This document shows positions 24,205 through 34,999 of a stretch of DNA of 64,000 nt, one piece after another. Source of the stretch: Alphaproteobacteria bacterium. GTDB taxonomy: Bacteria > Pseudomonadota > Alphaproteobacteria > Caulobacterales > Maricaulaceae. A program made the position numbers and the translations under genes. The notes beneath the pieces were generated by a model. That model made no database searches and was not told the origin of the DNA. It saw nothing but the letters and a program-made list of their open reading frames with translations. The DNA lies in contig WGNG01000010.1 in the NCBI GenBank assembly GCA_016124675.1, forward strand, positions 12,634-76,633, given 5' to 3'. Each line of letters begins with the position of its first letter. Position 1 is the first letter of the stretch.

Positions 24205-26181
24205 CTACTCCGCAGACCTCGCGCCCTTGCGGCCGGTGCGGCTGCGGGTGCTGGCGCGCGGCTCCAGCTTGACCACGGCGGGTCCTGACAGCGCGTCGGG
24301 ATCGTAACCGATCGCTTCATCGGCGAGCAGCTTGACCATGCCGCCGGCGTCGCCTGCCTCACAAGCCGCCTCGATACGCGCGAGCAAGGCCTGCATCGCG
24401 GTCCAGTCGGGCGCCACGGCCGCCTCGCTCAGGATGCGCGGATGGCGGGTCGGGCTGGCGGACGCGCCGATCAGCAGTTCTTCATGCAGCTTCTCGCCAT
24501 CGCGCAGGCCGCTGAACTCGATCCTGATATCGCCGGTGGTCATGGAATCAGCCAGGTAGGGCCGCAGGCCCGCCAGCCGGACCATCCTGAACGCCAGATC
24601 GACCACCTTGATGGGCTCGCCCATGTCGAGCACATAGACGCCCTCCCCGTCCGAGAGGGCGCTGGCCTGGATCACCAGCTGCGCGGCCTCGCCCAGCGTC
24701 ATGAAATAGCGCGTCACATCCGGGTGGGTGACCGTGACCGGCCCGCCCTGCTCCACCTGCTGGCGGAAGAGCGGCAGCACCGAGCCCGACGAATCGAGCA
24801 CATTGCCAAAGCGCACCACCGTGAACCGGGTCGTGTCCTGCGTCGCCGAGAGGGCGTGACAGGTGAGTTCCGCCAGCCGCTTGGTGGCCCCCATGACGCT
24901 GGACGGGCGCACCGCCTTGTCGGTCGACACCAGGATGAAGGACGTTACGCCCGCCGCTATCGCCTCGCGCGCCAGCGCCAGCGTGCCCAGCGTATTGTTG
25001 CGCACCGCCGCGATGACATTGTTCTCCACCAGCGGCACATGCTTGTAGGCGGCACAGTGGAAGACCGTGTTGACGCCAAATCGCGCCAGCAGGGTGGCCA
25101 CGCGCGACGCGTCGCTGACCGAACCGAGCTTGGCGACCAGCTCGCAATCAACGTTGCGGGAGCGCAGCGCGCGCTCGATCTCGTAGAGCGCAAATTCGGA
25201 CTGGTCGAGCATGACCAGGCGCGCCGGGCCAAGCTTGAGGATTTGCCGGCACAGCTCCGAGCCGATGGACCCGCCAGCCCCCGTCACCATGACGCTGCGC
25301 CCGCGAATCGTCGCCGCCATCAAGGCGGGATCGGGCGCGATGGGATCGCGGCCCAGAAGATCCTCCGCCTTGACAGCGTGAATCTGCGAGATCGGCGCGT
25401 GGCCCGACAGGATGTCATGGATGTCCGGCACGGTCTGGACGCGCAGATCGTAGGGCTCCAGCAGGTCCAGAATGCGCTTGCGCCGGGCGCGCGTGGCGCT
25501 GGGCAGCGCGAGGAACACCGCATCGGCCTGGGTCACATCGGCTGCATGCGCGATATCGGCCGGATTGAACACTTCCAGCCCGCCAATGCGCGCGCCATGC
25601 AGCAGCGTGTCATCATCCAGAAAGCCCACCGGCGCGTGCTCGCCGCGCTCGCGCAACGCCGCCAGAAGCTGGCGCCCGGCATCTCCGGCCCCGTAAATGA
25701 GCACCCGCTCCTTGGCGCGCACCTGATGGTCGCAGAACATGGCGCGCACCACGACCCGCACCCCGCCCGTCAGGCAGACCGCAAGCGCCAGATAGATCAC
25801 CGCCGCGCCCAGAGGGAGGCTCATGGGCATGAGCGCGCTCATCGCCAGCAGGAGAACCGAGGAGATCAGCGCGCCCAGCCCGGAGACGCGCAGGATGTCC
25901 ACGTCCCGCTCGGCGCCCATGGACCCGTAGAGCCGGCCGTTCATGAACACCAGCACGGCCGTCGCAACGACCGCAGCCGTCGCGCCCCAGATGGGCCAGC
26001 CGGCCACGTGAGCAACGCTTTCGGTGGAGAGGATCAGGGCAAGGTGAAGCGCAAAGGTGAGACTTGCTGCGTCAAACAGCACCTTCAGCCAACGTTTTTG
26101 GGAGGCTTTCATCCCGAGCAGGCGGGAGAAGGCGGCGCGTCCCAGCGCGCCGGGTGACATGCTATTTCCAAGACGATTCAT
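24205..26181 (-). CDS. polysaccharide biosynthesis protein, membrane-anchored NDP-sugar 4,6-dehydratase/epimerase (CapD/WbpM/PglF type)
   Basis: ORF 24205..26244. N-terminal TM segments, then two Rossmann motifs (VLIYGAGDAGRQL; VMVTGAGGSIGSELCRQ) and STDKAV. The start is uncertain (ATGs at 26244, 26181, 26160, 26112). Confidence 0.85.
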   Translation of the reverse strand: MNRLGNSMSPGALGRAAFSRLLGMKASQKRWLKVLFDAASLTFALHLALILSTESVAHVAGWPIWGATAAVVATAVLVFMNGRLYGSMGAERDVDILRVSGLGALISSVLLLAMSALMPMSLPLGAAVIYLALAVCLTGGVRVVVRAMFCDHQVRAKERVLIYGAGDAGRQLLAALRERGEHAPVGFLDDDTLLHGARIGGLEVFNPADIAHAADVTQADAVFLALPSATRARRKRILDLLEPYDLRVQTVPDIHDILSGHAPISQIHAVKAEDLLGRDPIAPDPALMAATIRGRSVMVTGAGGSIGSELCRQILKLGPARLVMLDQSEFALYEIERALRSRNVDCELVAKLGSVSDASRVATLLARFGVNTVFHCAAYKHVPLVENNVIAAVRNNTLGTLALAREAIAAGVTSFILVSTDKAVRPSSVMGATKRLAELTCHALSATQDTTRFTVVRFGNVLDSSGSVLPLFRQQVEQGGPVTVTHPDVTRYFMTLGEAAQLVIQASALSDGEGVYVLDMGEPIKVVDLAFRMVRLAGLRPYLADSMTTGDIRIEFSGLRDGEKLHEELLIGASASPTRHPRILSEAAVAPDWTAMQALLARIEAACEAGDAGGMVKLLADEAIGYDPDALSGPAVVKLEPRASTRSRTGRKGARSAE

Positions 26182-26363
26182 GGCGTCCCGACCGGTCGTC
26201 ATCCCCTGCACGGCTGTCATAGCGCGCAAACTGCAAAAGGGCAAAGCGCCAGACGCAAGCCGGACGCAGCGCCGGGAAATTGCCGCATTTGGGCCACACT
26301 AAGGCTGGGGCTGAATCACAGCGTGATCAGCCTGTGGGCGCAAAGCAATGCGGGGAGGGCTGC

Positions 26364-26717
26364 ATGTCACACACGGCGGGCGCAACGCTGGCAGGGTGGG
26401 CCGCGCGCACCCTCATCACGCTGATCGCGATACCCCTGACCACGCTGGGCCTGTTCGTGCTGATCGAGCGCGAGAACCCGGCGCTGCTGTCGGGCCTGTT
26501 GCAAGTCTCCAACTGGCTCAGCGGGCTCATCCTCAACTCCCCTCTGGCCAGCGCCGACGCCGCGCTGCTGACCTTGCACCTGTCCGGCCCGGCCATGGTG
26601 TTCATGCTGCTCATGTTGGCCTCCACCGCGCTGGTGCTGGCGATGCTGTCGCTGGCGCGGGCCGCCGGCTCGGCTTTGAGCGGGCGCGGCGCAAAACCGG
26701 CCGGCAAGACCGTCTAG
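26364..26717 (+). CDS. small hypothetical membrane protein (117 aa)
   Basis: GGAGG RBS before ATG 26364. Three hydrophobic segments (TLITLIAIPLTTLGLFVLI, WLSGLILNSPL, MVFMLLMLASTALVLAMLSL). Confidence 0.5.
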   Translation: MSHTAGATLAGWAARTLITLIAIPLTTLGLFVLIERENPALLSGLLQVSNWLSGLILNSPLASADAALLTLHLSGPAMVFMLLMLASTALVLAMLSLARAAGSALSGRGAKPAGKTV

Positions 26718-28582
26718 AGCGGCCAGACCACCAGCAGCAAGGGCAGGCTTACCGCCACCACCAGCGCCTCCAGCGGCAGCCCGAGCCGCCAGTAATCTCC
26801 AAAGCTGAAGCCCCCGGGGCCGAGGATCAGCGTGTTGTTCTGATGTCCGATCGGGGTGAGGAAGGCGCACGAGGCGCCGATCGCCACCGCCATCAGGAAG
26901 GCGTCCGGATTGACGCCCAGCGCCGTTGCGGCGCCGATGGCGACCGGGCACATCACGGCGGCGGTTGCGGCATTGTTCATCAGGTCCGACAGGAACATCG
27001 TCACGATCAGGATGGCGGCGAGCGCCAGCACGCCATGGCCCCGGGCCACCGTGCCGATCAGACCCTGGGCGATAAGATCGGCGAGGCCAGTGGTCTCCAT
27101 CGCGCCCGCGACCGGGATGAGCGCCGCCAGCAACACCACCACCGGCCAGTCAATGGCCTGGTAGACCGTGCGCGGCGGCACGGTGGAGGTGATCATTGAC
27201 GCCATCACGCCCAGCGCGAAGGACACGGCGGCGGGCACGAGCCCGAACGCGGCCCCGCCTACAGCGCCCGCCATGATCACGCTGGCGATGATCGCCTTGC
27301 GCGGCTCGGGCACGCGCAATTCGCGCTCGGCCAGCGGCGCCAGGCCGAAATCGGACGCCAGATCGGACAGCGCCTCGGGCGCGCCTTCCAGCAGCAAAAG
27401 ATCGCCTTCGCGCAGCTTGATCGTGCGCAGCCGCGCGCGCGAGCGCTGACCGTCGCGCGAGACCGCCAGCAAGTTGATGCCGAACCGGGTGCGCAGGTTC
27501 AGATCGGTGGCCGAGCGGCCCGCCAATTGCGCTGAGGGCATGACCACATACTCACGCAGCACGATTTCATCAGACCCGTCATCACGCGCGCGCGCCTCGC
27601 CGCCGCCCTCAGCACCCGGTTTGGCGTCGCGCGCGAGCTGCGCCTGATCAGCGCTCTCGCGCTTCTCGGCGGCGGTGGCGGGCGGCTTCGACGAGCCGCG
27701 CTCTTCCAGCCTGACGCCCAGCGCATTGAGGACATCCGGCAGAGCGCCCACATCGGCTTCCAGCACCAGAACATCCCCCGCCAGCACCTTGCGGCGGCGA
27801 TGGGGCGCGGTGATGCGCACGTCATGGCGCACGATGGCGAGCACCTGGGCGTCTGCATCGCCGAACAATTCCTCCACCTGGCGCAGGGTGAGCCCGGCGG
27901 CCCGGCTCTTCTCGCCGACGCGCGCCTCGGTCATGTAGGCGCCGGTGGAGAACTCGTCCTCTGCGCTGGCGCGCTTGGCGGGCACCAGAAACCGGCTGGT
28001 CAGCACCACAAGCGCCACGCCGGCCGCCGCGACCGCCAGGCCGACGGGGGCGAAGTCGAACATCGCGAACGCCTCGCCCGTCACGTCGGCGCGGAAGCCC
28101 GCGACGATCAGGTTGGGCGGGGTGCCGATCAGCGTCGTCATGCCGCCCAGGATCGTCCCGAAGGCGAGCGGCATCAGCACCTGGCCCGGCGCCAGATCAA
28201 ACCGCCCCGCCAGGCGGACGGCGACCGGCATCAAAAGCGCCATCGCCCCGACATTGTTCATGAAGCCGGACAGCACGGCGCCCAGCGCCACCAGCACGCC
28301 CATGGAGACCATGGGACCTGCGCGTGAGGGCATGGCGCGCCGGGCGATCACATCGACCGCGCCCGAATTCTGCAGCCCCCGGCTCAGCACCAGCACGCAC
28401 GCGACGGTGATCACCGCAGGGTGACCAAAGCCGGCGAATGCCCGGGACGGGTCGATGAGCCCGGCCAGCACGCACGCCAGGAGCGCGCCCAGCGCGACGA
28501 TGTCGTGGCGGAACCGGCCCCACAGGAACAGCGCCATGGCGCTGACGAGGATGAGAAGAATCAAGCCTTGATCGACGGTCAT
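26714..28582 (-). CDS. SLC13/DASS-family anion permease with two central TrkA-C (RCK-C) domains
   Basis: ORF 26714..28645 trimmed to MTVDQGLILLILVSAMALFLWGRF. Polytopic halves flank two TrkA-C-like modules (...VLAGDVLVLEADVGAL..., ...LREGDLLLLEGAPEAL...). Confidence 0.85.
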   Translation of the reverse strand: MTVDQGLILLILVSAMALFLWGRFRHDIVALGALLACVLAGLIDPSRAFAGFGHPAVITVACVLVLSRGLQNSGAVDVIARRAMPSRAGPMVSMGVLVALGAVLSGFMNNVGAMALLMPVAVRLAGRFDLAPGQVLMPLAFGTILGGMTTLIGTPPNLIVAGFRADVTGEAFAMFDFAPVGLAVAAAGVALVVLTSRFLVPAKRASAEDEFSTGAYMTEARVGEKSRAAGLTLRQVEELFGDADAQVLAIVRHDVRITAPHRRRKVLAGDVLVLEADVGALPDVLNALGVRLEERGSSKPPATAAEKRESADQAQLARDAKPGAEGGGEARARDDGSDEIVLREYVVMPSAQLAGRSATDLNLRTRFGINLLAVSRDGQRSRARLRTIKLREGDLLLLEGAPEALSDLASDFGLAPLAERELRVPEPRKAIIASVIMAGAVGGAAFGLVPAAVSFALGVMASMITSTVPPRTVYQAIDWPVVVLLAALIPVAGAMETTGLADLIAQGLIGTVARGHGVLALAAILIVTMFLSDLMNNAATAAVMCPVAIGAATALGVNPDAFLMAVAIGASCAFLTPIGHQNNTLILGPGGFSFGDYWRLGLPLEALVVAVSLPLLLVVWPL

Positions 28583-28657
28583 GGCGCACACCGGTCCAGC
28601 TTGGGATGCGCACACCTTCGCACATCCGCCGCGGCGGCCAAGCATGCAGCGCTGCGC

Positions 28658-28843
28658 TCAGTCGGTATCCGCTGCGGTCGCCGGCGCAATGACCACGGGC
28701 GGCGACGCCCCGTCGCCCTGCACAAGCAGGCGGTAATCGGCGTTGCCAGGCTCTGGCGGAATGAACACCACCCGCCCGTCCCCGCGCTCGGCGCGGATCA
28801 TGGTCTGCTCCTCGTCGGCCCACCGGGCATGGATGAAAATCAT
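28658..28843 (-). CDS. small hypothetical protein coupled to the DUF2793 gene (phage/GTA tail-fibre-associated type)
   Basis: 61 aa. Start is 3 nt after the upstream stop, with GGAG inside the upstream gene. ...RVVFIPPEPGNADYRLLVQGDG...VVIAP resembles the short 'IP-x-D-P-x-N-x-D-Y' ORFs that follow tail-fibre genes in alphaproteobacterial prophages/GTAs (recollection). Confidence 0.5.
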   Translation of the reverse strand: MIFIHARWADEEQTMIRAERGDGRVVFIPPEPGNADYRLLVQGDGASPPVVIAPATAADTD

Positions 28844-28846
28844 CGG

Positions 28847-30460
28847 CTACAGCTCCGCTGAAATGTCGATATGGGCGGTGAGGTCACCGGCAGCGCGCAG
28901 CACGCTGCTCACGCCCATGGCGGCCGTCGCTCCGGTGACATGAGCGATGAGTTCGATCCGTCCGGATGAGGGTCTGCTGAACGCCAGGCTGCTGATCGTC
29001 CCGAAGGTCGAGCTGACAAACTGGAACAGGCCCGACGCGCCATAGCTCGGCGTGGCGCGTTTGGGGTGATGGGTCAGGATCGTGCGCACCTGGGTCGAGT
29101 TCACGACATAGCCCGTGACGAAGACGCCAAAAAAGCCGTGCGTCACGATGCGTTCGAAATAGCGCAGGCACATCTGGTGCTCGAGCGCCTCGGGGCGGTG
29201 CTCGAACACGCTGGCCCAGGTCCCCGCTTCCAGTTGTATGAGATCAAGGTCGTAAGTCTGCGAGGCCGGCCCCGCCTCGCCGCTGAAGCGCACTTCGAGA
29301 TAGCTGCCATCGCTGATCGTCTTGCCGGCGAGGGACGGGATGTCGAACACTACAGCCGCGCGCGTCCAGTCCGTACCCGCCGCCACGGTCTGGTCGCCCA
29401 GATGCACCGCCTCTGATCCGCCCGCGCCGAACACCTGGACAAGGCGGACCGACACAGTGCGCGCAACGTCGCTGCGCACATGAAAGCTCAGCGCGGCTGG
29501 CGCGCCCGACAGCGTGCGCACATCCTCGATGCGCGTGACGAGCTCGGGCGCGCTCGCCGGCTCTCCCGCAATCGTCCAGCGCAGGAACGCCGCGCCGCCG
29601 CCTTGGACTTGCGTCTGCCCGGCGGGATGGAGCTGGCGGGAGGCCGACGCCACGCCGCCGCCATCGCTGAGCAAGCGCCACATGTCCGGCGCCGCCTCCG
29701 GCCCGCGCTGCCAGACATCAAAGCGCCCGTTGATCACGTGATTGCGCAGGCCCGCCAGCGGCCCGCCATTGAGCGCCAGCGTCGTCAGCGCCGGCATGTG
29801 CGCAGCGCCGGTGGCGCGTTCCACGCGCAGCGCGTCAACCCAGCTCGCCCCGTCCGGCGAGACACGCAGCACGACATCATCATCGCCGATGAGGCCCAGC
29901 TCCGCCCGGCCGCCCCAGCCTGACTGCAAAAGCAGGGACAGGACGTTGCCCGCCGCCTCCTTGTTGAGCGTGTAGCGCAGATCGCCCGTGCCCCCTTCGC
30001 CCTGGGTCAATGCCGTCCACAGCGCCGTGTTGAGCTTGGCCGCGAACCGGTTGACCGCATCGGGCGCCGTGCCGACGCCCAGCTGATCAAGGTTGGAAAG
30101 GGAGCGCATCAATGCGTCAAGCGTGCGCCAGGCGGCGCCGTCATGCACCATGAGCGCGCCGGCATCGGCGGCGAACGCCACCAGCCCGGCGCGTGGCGGC
30201 GCGCCATGCCAGGCCCCGTCCTGAAACCAGACCAGCGAACCGGGCTCAAACAGGGCCCAGTCCTCACCCGCGCGGTCATCGGGCAGGATATAGCTGTCGC
30301 CAGGCGCAGGATTGGCGGGCTGACCGCTGAGGCTCGCACTCAGCGCCCGCGCCTGCACCAGACCGTCCAGCCGGCCCAGCGCTTCATTGACCGTCACATG
30401 CTTCTGGGCCTGGGCCGGCATAAGCCAGGGCAGGGACAGGCTGGGGGTCACATCGCTCAT
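28847..30460 (-). CDS. DUF2793 domain protein (phage/GTA tail-fibre-like)
   Basis: ORF 28847..31039 trimmed to ATG 30460 (GGAG RBS). MSDVTPSLSLPWLMPAQAQKHVTVNEALGRLD is the DUF2793 hallmark N-terminus. 537 aa. Confidence 0.8.
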   Translation of the reverse strand: MSDVTPSLSLPWLMPAQAQKHVTVNEALGRLDGLVQARALSASLSGQPANPAPGDSYILPDDRAGEDWALFEPGSLVWFQDGAWHGAPPRAGLVAFAADAGALMVHDGAAWRTLDALMRSLSNLDQLGVGTAPDAVNRFAAKLNTALWTALTQGEGGTGDLRYTLNKEAAGNVLSLLLQSGWGGRAELGLIGDDDVVLRVSPDGASWVDALRVERATGAAHMPALTTLALNGGPLAGLRNHVINGRFDVWQRGPEAAPDMWRLLSDGGGVASASRQLHPAGQTQVQGGGAAFLRWTIAGEPASAPELVTRIEDVRTLSGAPAALSFHVRSDVARTVSVRLVQVFGAGGSEAVHLGDQTVAAGTDWTRAAVVFDIPSLAGKTISDGSYLEVRFSGEAGPASQTYDLDLIQLEAGTWASVFEHRPEALEHQMCLRYFERIVTHGFFGVFVTGYVVNSTQVRTILTHHPKRATPSYGASGLFQFVSSTFGTISSLAFSRPSSGRIELIAHVTGATAAMGVSSVLRAAGDLTAHIDISAEL

Positions 30461-30620
30461 CACATCTCCGCTCAGGCGCAAGGGAAAGGCTTCGCTCAAG
30501 GCTAGAGCGGGCCAGCCAGGGCGGGGACAAGGCCGCGCGCTATCCCCGGCCCCGCGCGCGGGGGTCAGGGCGGGCCATGCGGCTTGGCGGCGCGGCGCAC
30601 GCGGTGTAATCCCGGTGACC

Positions 30621-32459
30621 ATGACGCACTCAATCCGCCCCCTCGCCGATGGATTCCCCGCGCCTTCGGACGCGGACTGGCGCGCCCTGGCCGAGGACGC
30701 GCTCAAAGGCGCGCCGTTTGAAAGCCTGGTGCGCAAGACGCTCGACGGGGTGGCGCGCGGCCCGCTTTTCACGCTGGCCGATCTTGGTGAAGCCTGCGAT
30801 CCCGGCGCGCCGGGCGCGGCGCCCTTCATCCGCGGCGCAAGCCCGGTGCGCGACGCCTTCCTGCCCTGGGGCATCCGCCAGCGCGCGGACCTGGCTGATC
30901 CGGCCCAGGCCAACGCAGCGATCCTTGAAGATCTCAATGGCGGCGCCAGCGAGATCACGCTCGCCATCGATCCGGCCGGCCGGCGCGGCGTTGCCGTGCG
31001 CAGCGCTGACGATCTCGCCCGCACGCTGGACGGCGTCATGGCCGACCTCGCCCCGGTCTGGCTGGCTCCCGCCGCCGAGACCCGCGAGGCGGGCGCGCTG
31101 TTCTTGAACTGGCTCGATGCGCAAGGCTATGACCGCACCGCTGTGCGTGGCGGACTTGGGCTGACCATCCCGGACGGCGCCGGATGTGCGGCGGTGCAGG
31201 ACGCGCTGGCGCGCTATCCTGCGCTGGCGCCCGTCACCGTGCGCGCCCACGCCGTCTACGAAGCGGGAGGCTCGGAAGCACAGGAGCTGGCCTTCCTGTG
31301 CGCGGCGGGCGCCGCCTGGATGCGCGCGCTGATTGATCAGGGACTTGGCCCCGACGCGGCCGCAGGCGCGCTGACCGTCACTTTGGCCGCTGACGCCGAC
31401 GTGCATCTGACCATCGCCAAGCTGCGCGCGGCCCGCCGCCTGTGGTCGCGGATACTGGAAGCGTTCGGCGTCAGTTCGGATCGGCGCGCACTGACGCTTC
31501 ACACCCTGACCGGCGCGCGCATGATGTCGGCCAGCGATCCCTATACCAACCTCATCCGCAATGCCTGCGCCGGGTTTGCAGCCGCCGTCGGCGGCGCCGA
31601 CAGCGTGGAGGTGCGCCCCTTCACCCACGCCATGGGCGGCTCGACGAAATTTGCCCGGCGCCTGTCGCGCAATCTGCAAATCCTGTTGATGGAAGAGAGC
31701 CATGTGGGCCGCACGGCGGACCCGGCAGGCGGCGGCTATCTGCACGAGACCCTCGCCGCGCGCCTGGCCGCAGGGGCGTGGACGCGCTTCCAGGCCATGG
31801 AAGCCGATGGCGGCGCGCGGGCCGTGCTGGCGTCTGGCCGCTTCGCCCAAGACGTCGCCGCCATGAGCGCCAAACGCACGCAGCGCTATGCGTCCGGCGC
31901 TGACAGCCTGATCGGCGTCACGGCCTATCCCGAACTGGACGCCCGCACGGTGGAGACCGGCGTGGCCCATGCGCCCGCCTCGGTCGCTGGCGCCCGCAGC
32001 GATGATCCCCTGCCCTGGCCGAACCTCGCGCCGGTGCGCTTCGCCGCGCCGTTTGAAACCCTGCGCGCTGCGGCTGGTGCGCAAGAACAAAGGCCATCAG
32101 CCTTCCTCGCCACGCTGGGCCCGCGCGCCGCGTTCAGCGCCCGCGCCGGTTTCGCCGCCAACCGCCTCGCTGTCGCTGGCGTCGCCGCTCACCCGGCGGA
32201 TGTCTTCGACACGATTGAGGCGTGCGCCGAAGCCTTCAGACGTTCAGGCGCCCGGCTCGCCGTGATTTGCGGAACCGACGCGGCCTATGAGGCGGACGCC
32301 GCCGCCCTGGCCCAGGCGCTCAAATCCGCCGGCGCAAGCGCCGTCTGGCTTGCGGGCAAGCCGGCGGATATTGCGGGCGTCGACCATTTCATCCATCTGC
32401 GCAGCGACGCCCTCGATGATGGCGCGCGCGCCCATGCCGCACTGGGGATCGGGTCATGA
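30621..32459 (+). CDS. mutA: methylmalonyl-CoA mutase small (beta) subunit
   Basis: ORF 30387..32459 trimmed to ATG 30621 ([25 protein letters not shown]). MCM-family fold without the DxHxxG B12 motif. ATGA overlap with the large-subunit gene. Confidence 0.85.
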   Translation: MTHSIRPLADGFPAPSDADWRALAEDALKGAPFESLVRKTLDGVARGPLFTLADLGEACDPGAPGAAPFIRGASPVRDAFLPWGIRQRADLADPAQANAAILEDLNGGASEITLAIDPAGRRGVAVRSADDLARTLDGVMADLAPVWLAPAAETREAGALFLNWLDAQGYDRTAVRGGLGLTIPDGAGCAAVQDALARYPALAPVTVRAHAVYEAGGSEAQELAFLCAAGAAWMRALIDQGLGPDAAAGALTVTLAADADVHLTIAKLRAARRLWSRILEAFGVSSDRRALTLHTLTGARMMSASDPYTNLIRNACAGFAAAVGGADSVEVRPFTHAMGGSTKFARRLSRNLQILLMEESHVGRTADPAGGGYLHETLAARLAAGAWTRFQAMEADGGARAVLASGRFAQDVAAMSAKRTQRYASGADSLIGVTAYPELDARTVETGVAHAPASVAGARSDDPLPWPNLAPVRFAAPFETLRAAAGAQEQRPSAFLATLGPRAAFSARAGFAANRLAVAGVAAHPADVFDTIEACAEAFRRSGARLAVICGTDAAYEADAAALAQALKSAGASAVWLAGKPADIAGVDHFIHLRSDALDDGARAHAALGIGS

Positions 32460-34585
32460 GCCGCCATCCCGACTTCACAAGGATCGATCTCGGCCAGCCC
32501 GAAACCGCGCCCGCTCCGTCCGTCAACGCCGCGCCGTTCGAGACGGCGGAGCGCCTGCCCATCGCGCCGGTCTATGACCGCTCGAGCGTGAAAGGTCTAG
32601 ACTTCCTCGATCAAAAGCCGGGCGCAGCGCCGTTCCATCGCGGCCCCTACCCCACCATGTTTGTCCAGCGCCCCTGGACCATCCGGCAATATGCCGGCTT
32701 CTCCACGGCGGCTGATTCCAACGCCTTCTACCGGCGCAATCTGGCGGCGGGTCAGAAGGGGCTTTCGGTCGCCTTCGATCTGGCCACCCATCGCGGCTAT
32801 GACAGCGACAATCCGCGCGTGATCGGCGATGTCGGCATGGCGGGCGTGGCCATCGACAGTATTCTGGACATGCGCCAGCTGTTCGACGGCATCCCGCTCG
32901 ATCAGATGAGCGTGTCCATGACCATGAACGGCGCGGTGCTGCCCGTTCTGGCGCTCTATATAGTGGCCGCCGAGGAGCAGGGCGTGCCGGCGGCCAGGCT
33001 GTCGGGCACGATCCAGAACGACATCCTCAAAGAATTCATGGTGCGCAACACCTATATCTACCCGCCTGCGCCCTCCATGCGGATCATCTCCGACATCTTC
33101 GCGTTCACCGCCAAGGAGATGCCGCGCTACAACTCCATCTCCATCTCCGGCTATCACATGCAGGAGGCCGGCGCGCCGGCCGATCTGGAGCTCGCCTACA
33201 CCCTCGCCGACGGGCTCGACTACATCGCAGCCGGGGTGAAGGCGGGCCTCGACGTCGACGCCTTCGCCCCGCGCCTGTCGTTTTTCTGGGGCATTTCCAT
33301 GAATTATTTCATGGAGGTGGCCAAGCTGCGCGCGGCCCGCCTGCTCTGGGCGAGGCTGGTGCGCGAGCGCTTTGCGCCCAAAAGCGACAAGTCTTTGTCC
33401 CTGCGCACCCACTCCCAGACTTCGGGCTGGTCGCTGACGGCGCAGGACGTGTTCAACAATGTGGCGCGCACCACCATCGAGGCCATGGCGGCGGTGGATG
33501 GGCATACCCAGTCGCTGCATACCAATTCGCTGGACGAGGCGCTGGCCCTGCCCACCGATTTTTCCGCCCGCATCGCGCGCAACACCCAGCTTGTGCTCGC
33601 CAGCGAGGCGCGCCTCACCGACGCGATCGATCCCTGGGGCGGGTCGTGGTTCGTCGAGCGCCTGACCCATGATCTGGCCGCCCGCGCGCTGGAGCACATT
33701 GCAGAAATCGACTCTCTGGGGGGCATGACGCGCGCCATCGAGGAAGGGGTCCCGAAGCTGCGCATAGAGGAAGCGGCCGCCCGCACCCAGGCGCGCATCG
33801 ATTCCGGGCTGCAGACCATTGTCGGCGTCAACAAATTCCGCCTGACCGAGCCCGAAGACGTGCCGGTGCTGAAAGTCGACAACCGCAAGGTGTGCGCCGA
33901 GCAACTGGCCAAGCTGGCGCAATTGCGCCGCGAACGCGACGCGGACCAGACACGCGCCGCCCTTGACTCCCTCACCCGCGCCGCGGCCTCAGACGGCAAT
34001 CTTCTGGCGGCGTGTATTGACGCGGCGCGCGCACGCGCCACCGTGGGCGAGATGTCAGACGCCATGGAAAAAGTGTTCGGACGCCACAAGGCGGAGATCC
34101 GCTCGGTCCAGGGGGTGTATTTGAAAGCTGCCGGCAATGACGAGAGCGTGCGCCGCGCCCGCGCCGCCGCAGACCGGTTCGCTGAGGCCGAAGGCCGGCG
34201 TCCGCGCATCCTGATCGCCAAGATGGGACAGGACGGCCATGACCGCGGCCAGAAAGTCGTCGCCAGCGCCTTCGCCGATCTGGGCTGGGACGTGGATATC
34301 GGCCCGCTCTTCCAGACGCCCGAGGAAGCCGCCCGCCAGGCGGTGGAGAACGACGTCCACGTCGTCGCCGCCTCGTCCCTTGCCGCCGGACACCTCACCC
34401 TGGTCCCGGCCCTCAAGGCCGCCCTCGACGCTGACGGCCGCAGCGACATGCTGATCGTGGTCGGCGGCGTCATCCCGCCCGAAGATGTGCCCGAGCTCAA
34501 AGCCATGGGCGCGGCGGCGGTGTATCCCCCCGGGACGGTGATTTCGGATTCAGCGCTGGATCTGATTGCGATGCTGGAGGGGTAG
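32456..34585 (+). CDS. mutB: methylmalonyl-CoA mutase large (alpha) subunit
   Basis: 709 aa: [31 protein letters not shown]-terminal B12-binding [11 protein letters not shown]. Confidence 0.96.
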   Translation: MSRHPDFTRIDLGQPETAPAPSVNAAPFETAERLPIAPVYDRSSVKGLDFLDQKPGAAPFHRGPYPTMFVQRPWTIRQYAGFSTAADSNAFYRRNLAAGQKGLSVAFDLATHRGYDSDNPRVIGDVGMAGVAIDSILDMRQLFDGIPLDQMSVSMTMNGAVLPVLALYIVAAEEQGVPAARLSGTIQNDILKEFMVRNTYIYPPAPSMRIISDIFAFTAKEMPRYNSISISGYHMQEAGAPADLELAYTLADGLDYIAAGVKAGLDVDAFAPRLSFFWGISMNYFMEVAKLRAARLLWARLVRERFAPKSDKSLSLRTHSQTSGWSLTAQDVFNNVARTTIEAMAAVDGHTQSLHTNSLDEALALPTDFSARIARNTQLVLASEARLTDAIDPWGGSWFVERLTHDLAARALEHIAEIDSLGGMTRAIEEGVPKLRIEEAAARTQARIDSGLQTIVGVNKFRLTEPEDVPVLKVDNRKVCAEQLAKLAQLRRERDADQTRAALDSLTRAAASDGNLLAACIDAARARATVGEMSDAMEKVFGRHKAEIRSVQGVYLKAAGNDESVRRARAAADRFAEAEGRRPRILIAKMGQDGHDRGQKVVASAFADLGWDVDIGPLFQTPEEAARQAVENDVHVVAASSLAAGHLTLVPALKAALDADGRSDMLIVVGGVIPPEDVPELKAMGAAAVYPPGTVISDSALDLIAMLEG

Positions 34586-34999
34586 GTTGGCGCCTCCCCC
34601 GACTCTTCACGTCGCTCAGTTGAACGTGCCCAACCCGCTTGCTCCGGCCACTTCCCCCCTCCTCCCCCGCTGTTTAATTGGCTGTAGCCAGCCCCGGCCC
34701 GGCGCAGTGCGGACGGCTGCCGGCGCCGATCCGCAGCCTGTCCCGGCCGGTTGCTCGACTCCCGGGGAGGCCTGCCTGCGAAGGGACGGGCGAGGCCACG
34801 GCCCGGCCGGGAATACGACCGCCCATTAACAAAACATGAATTGCGCCGCCTTCGCGCTGGCGTCACGGTGGACAATGTCTTAACGTCCGGCCCGGGCATT
34901 GCATGTGGCGTGTTGAAAACCGTCACATGAATGTGCTTCATGCGGGTTGGCCTGTGGGAGGGCGCCTATCGGAATGCCAAGGCGAGGCGAGGCGAGCAG

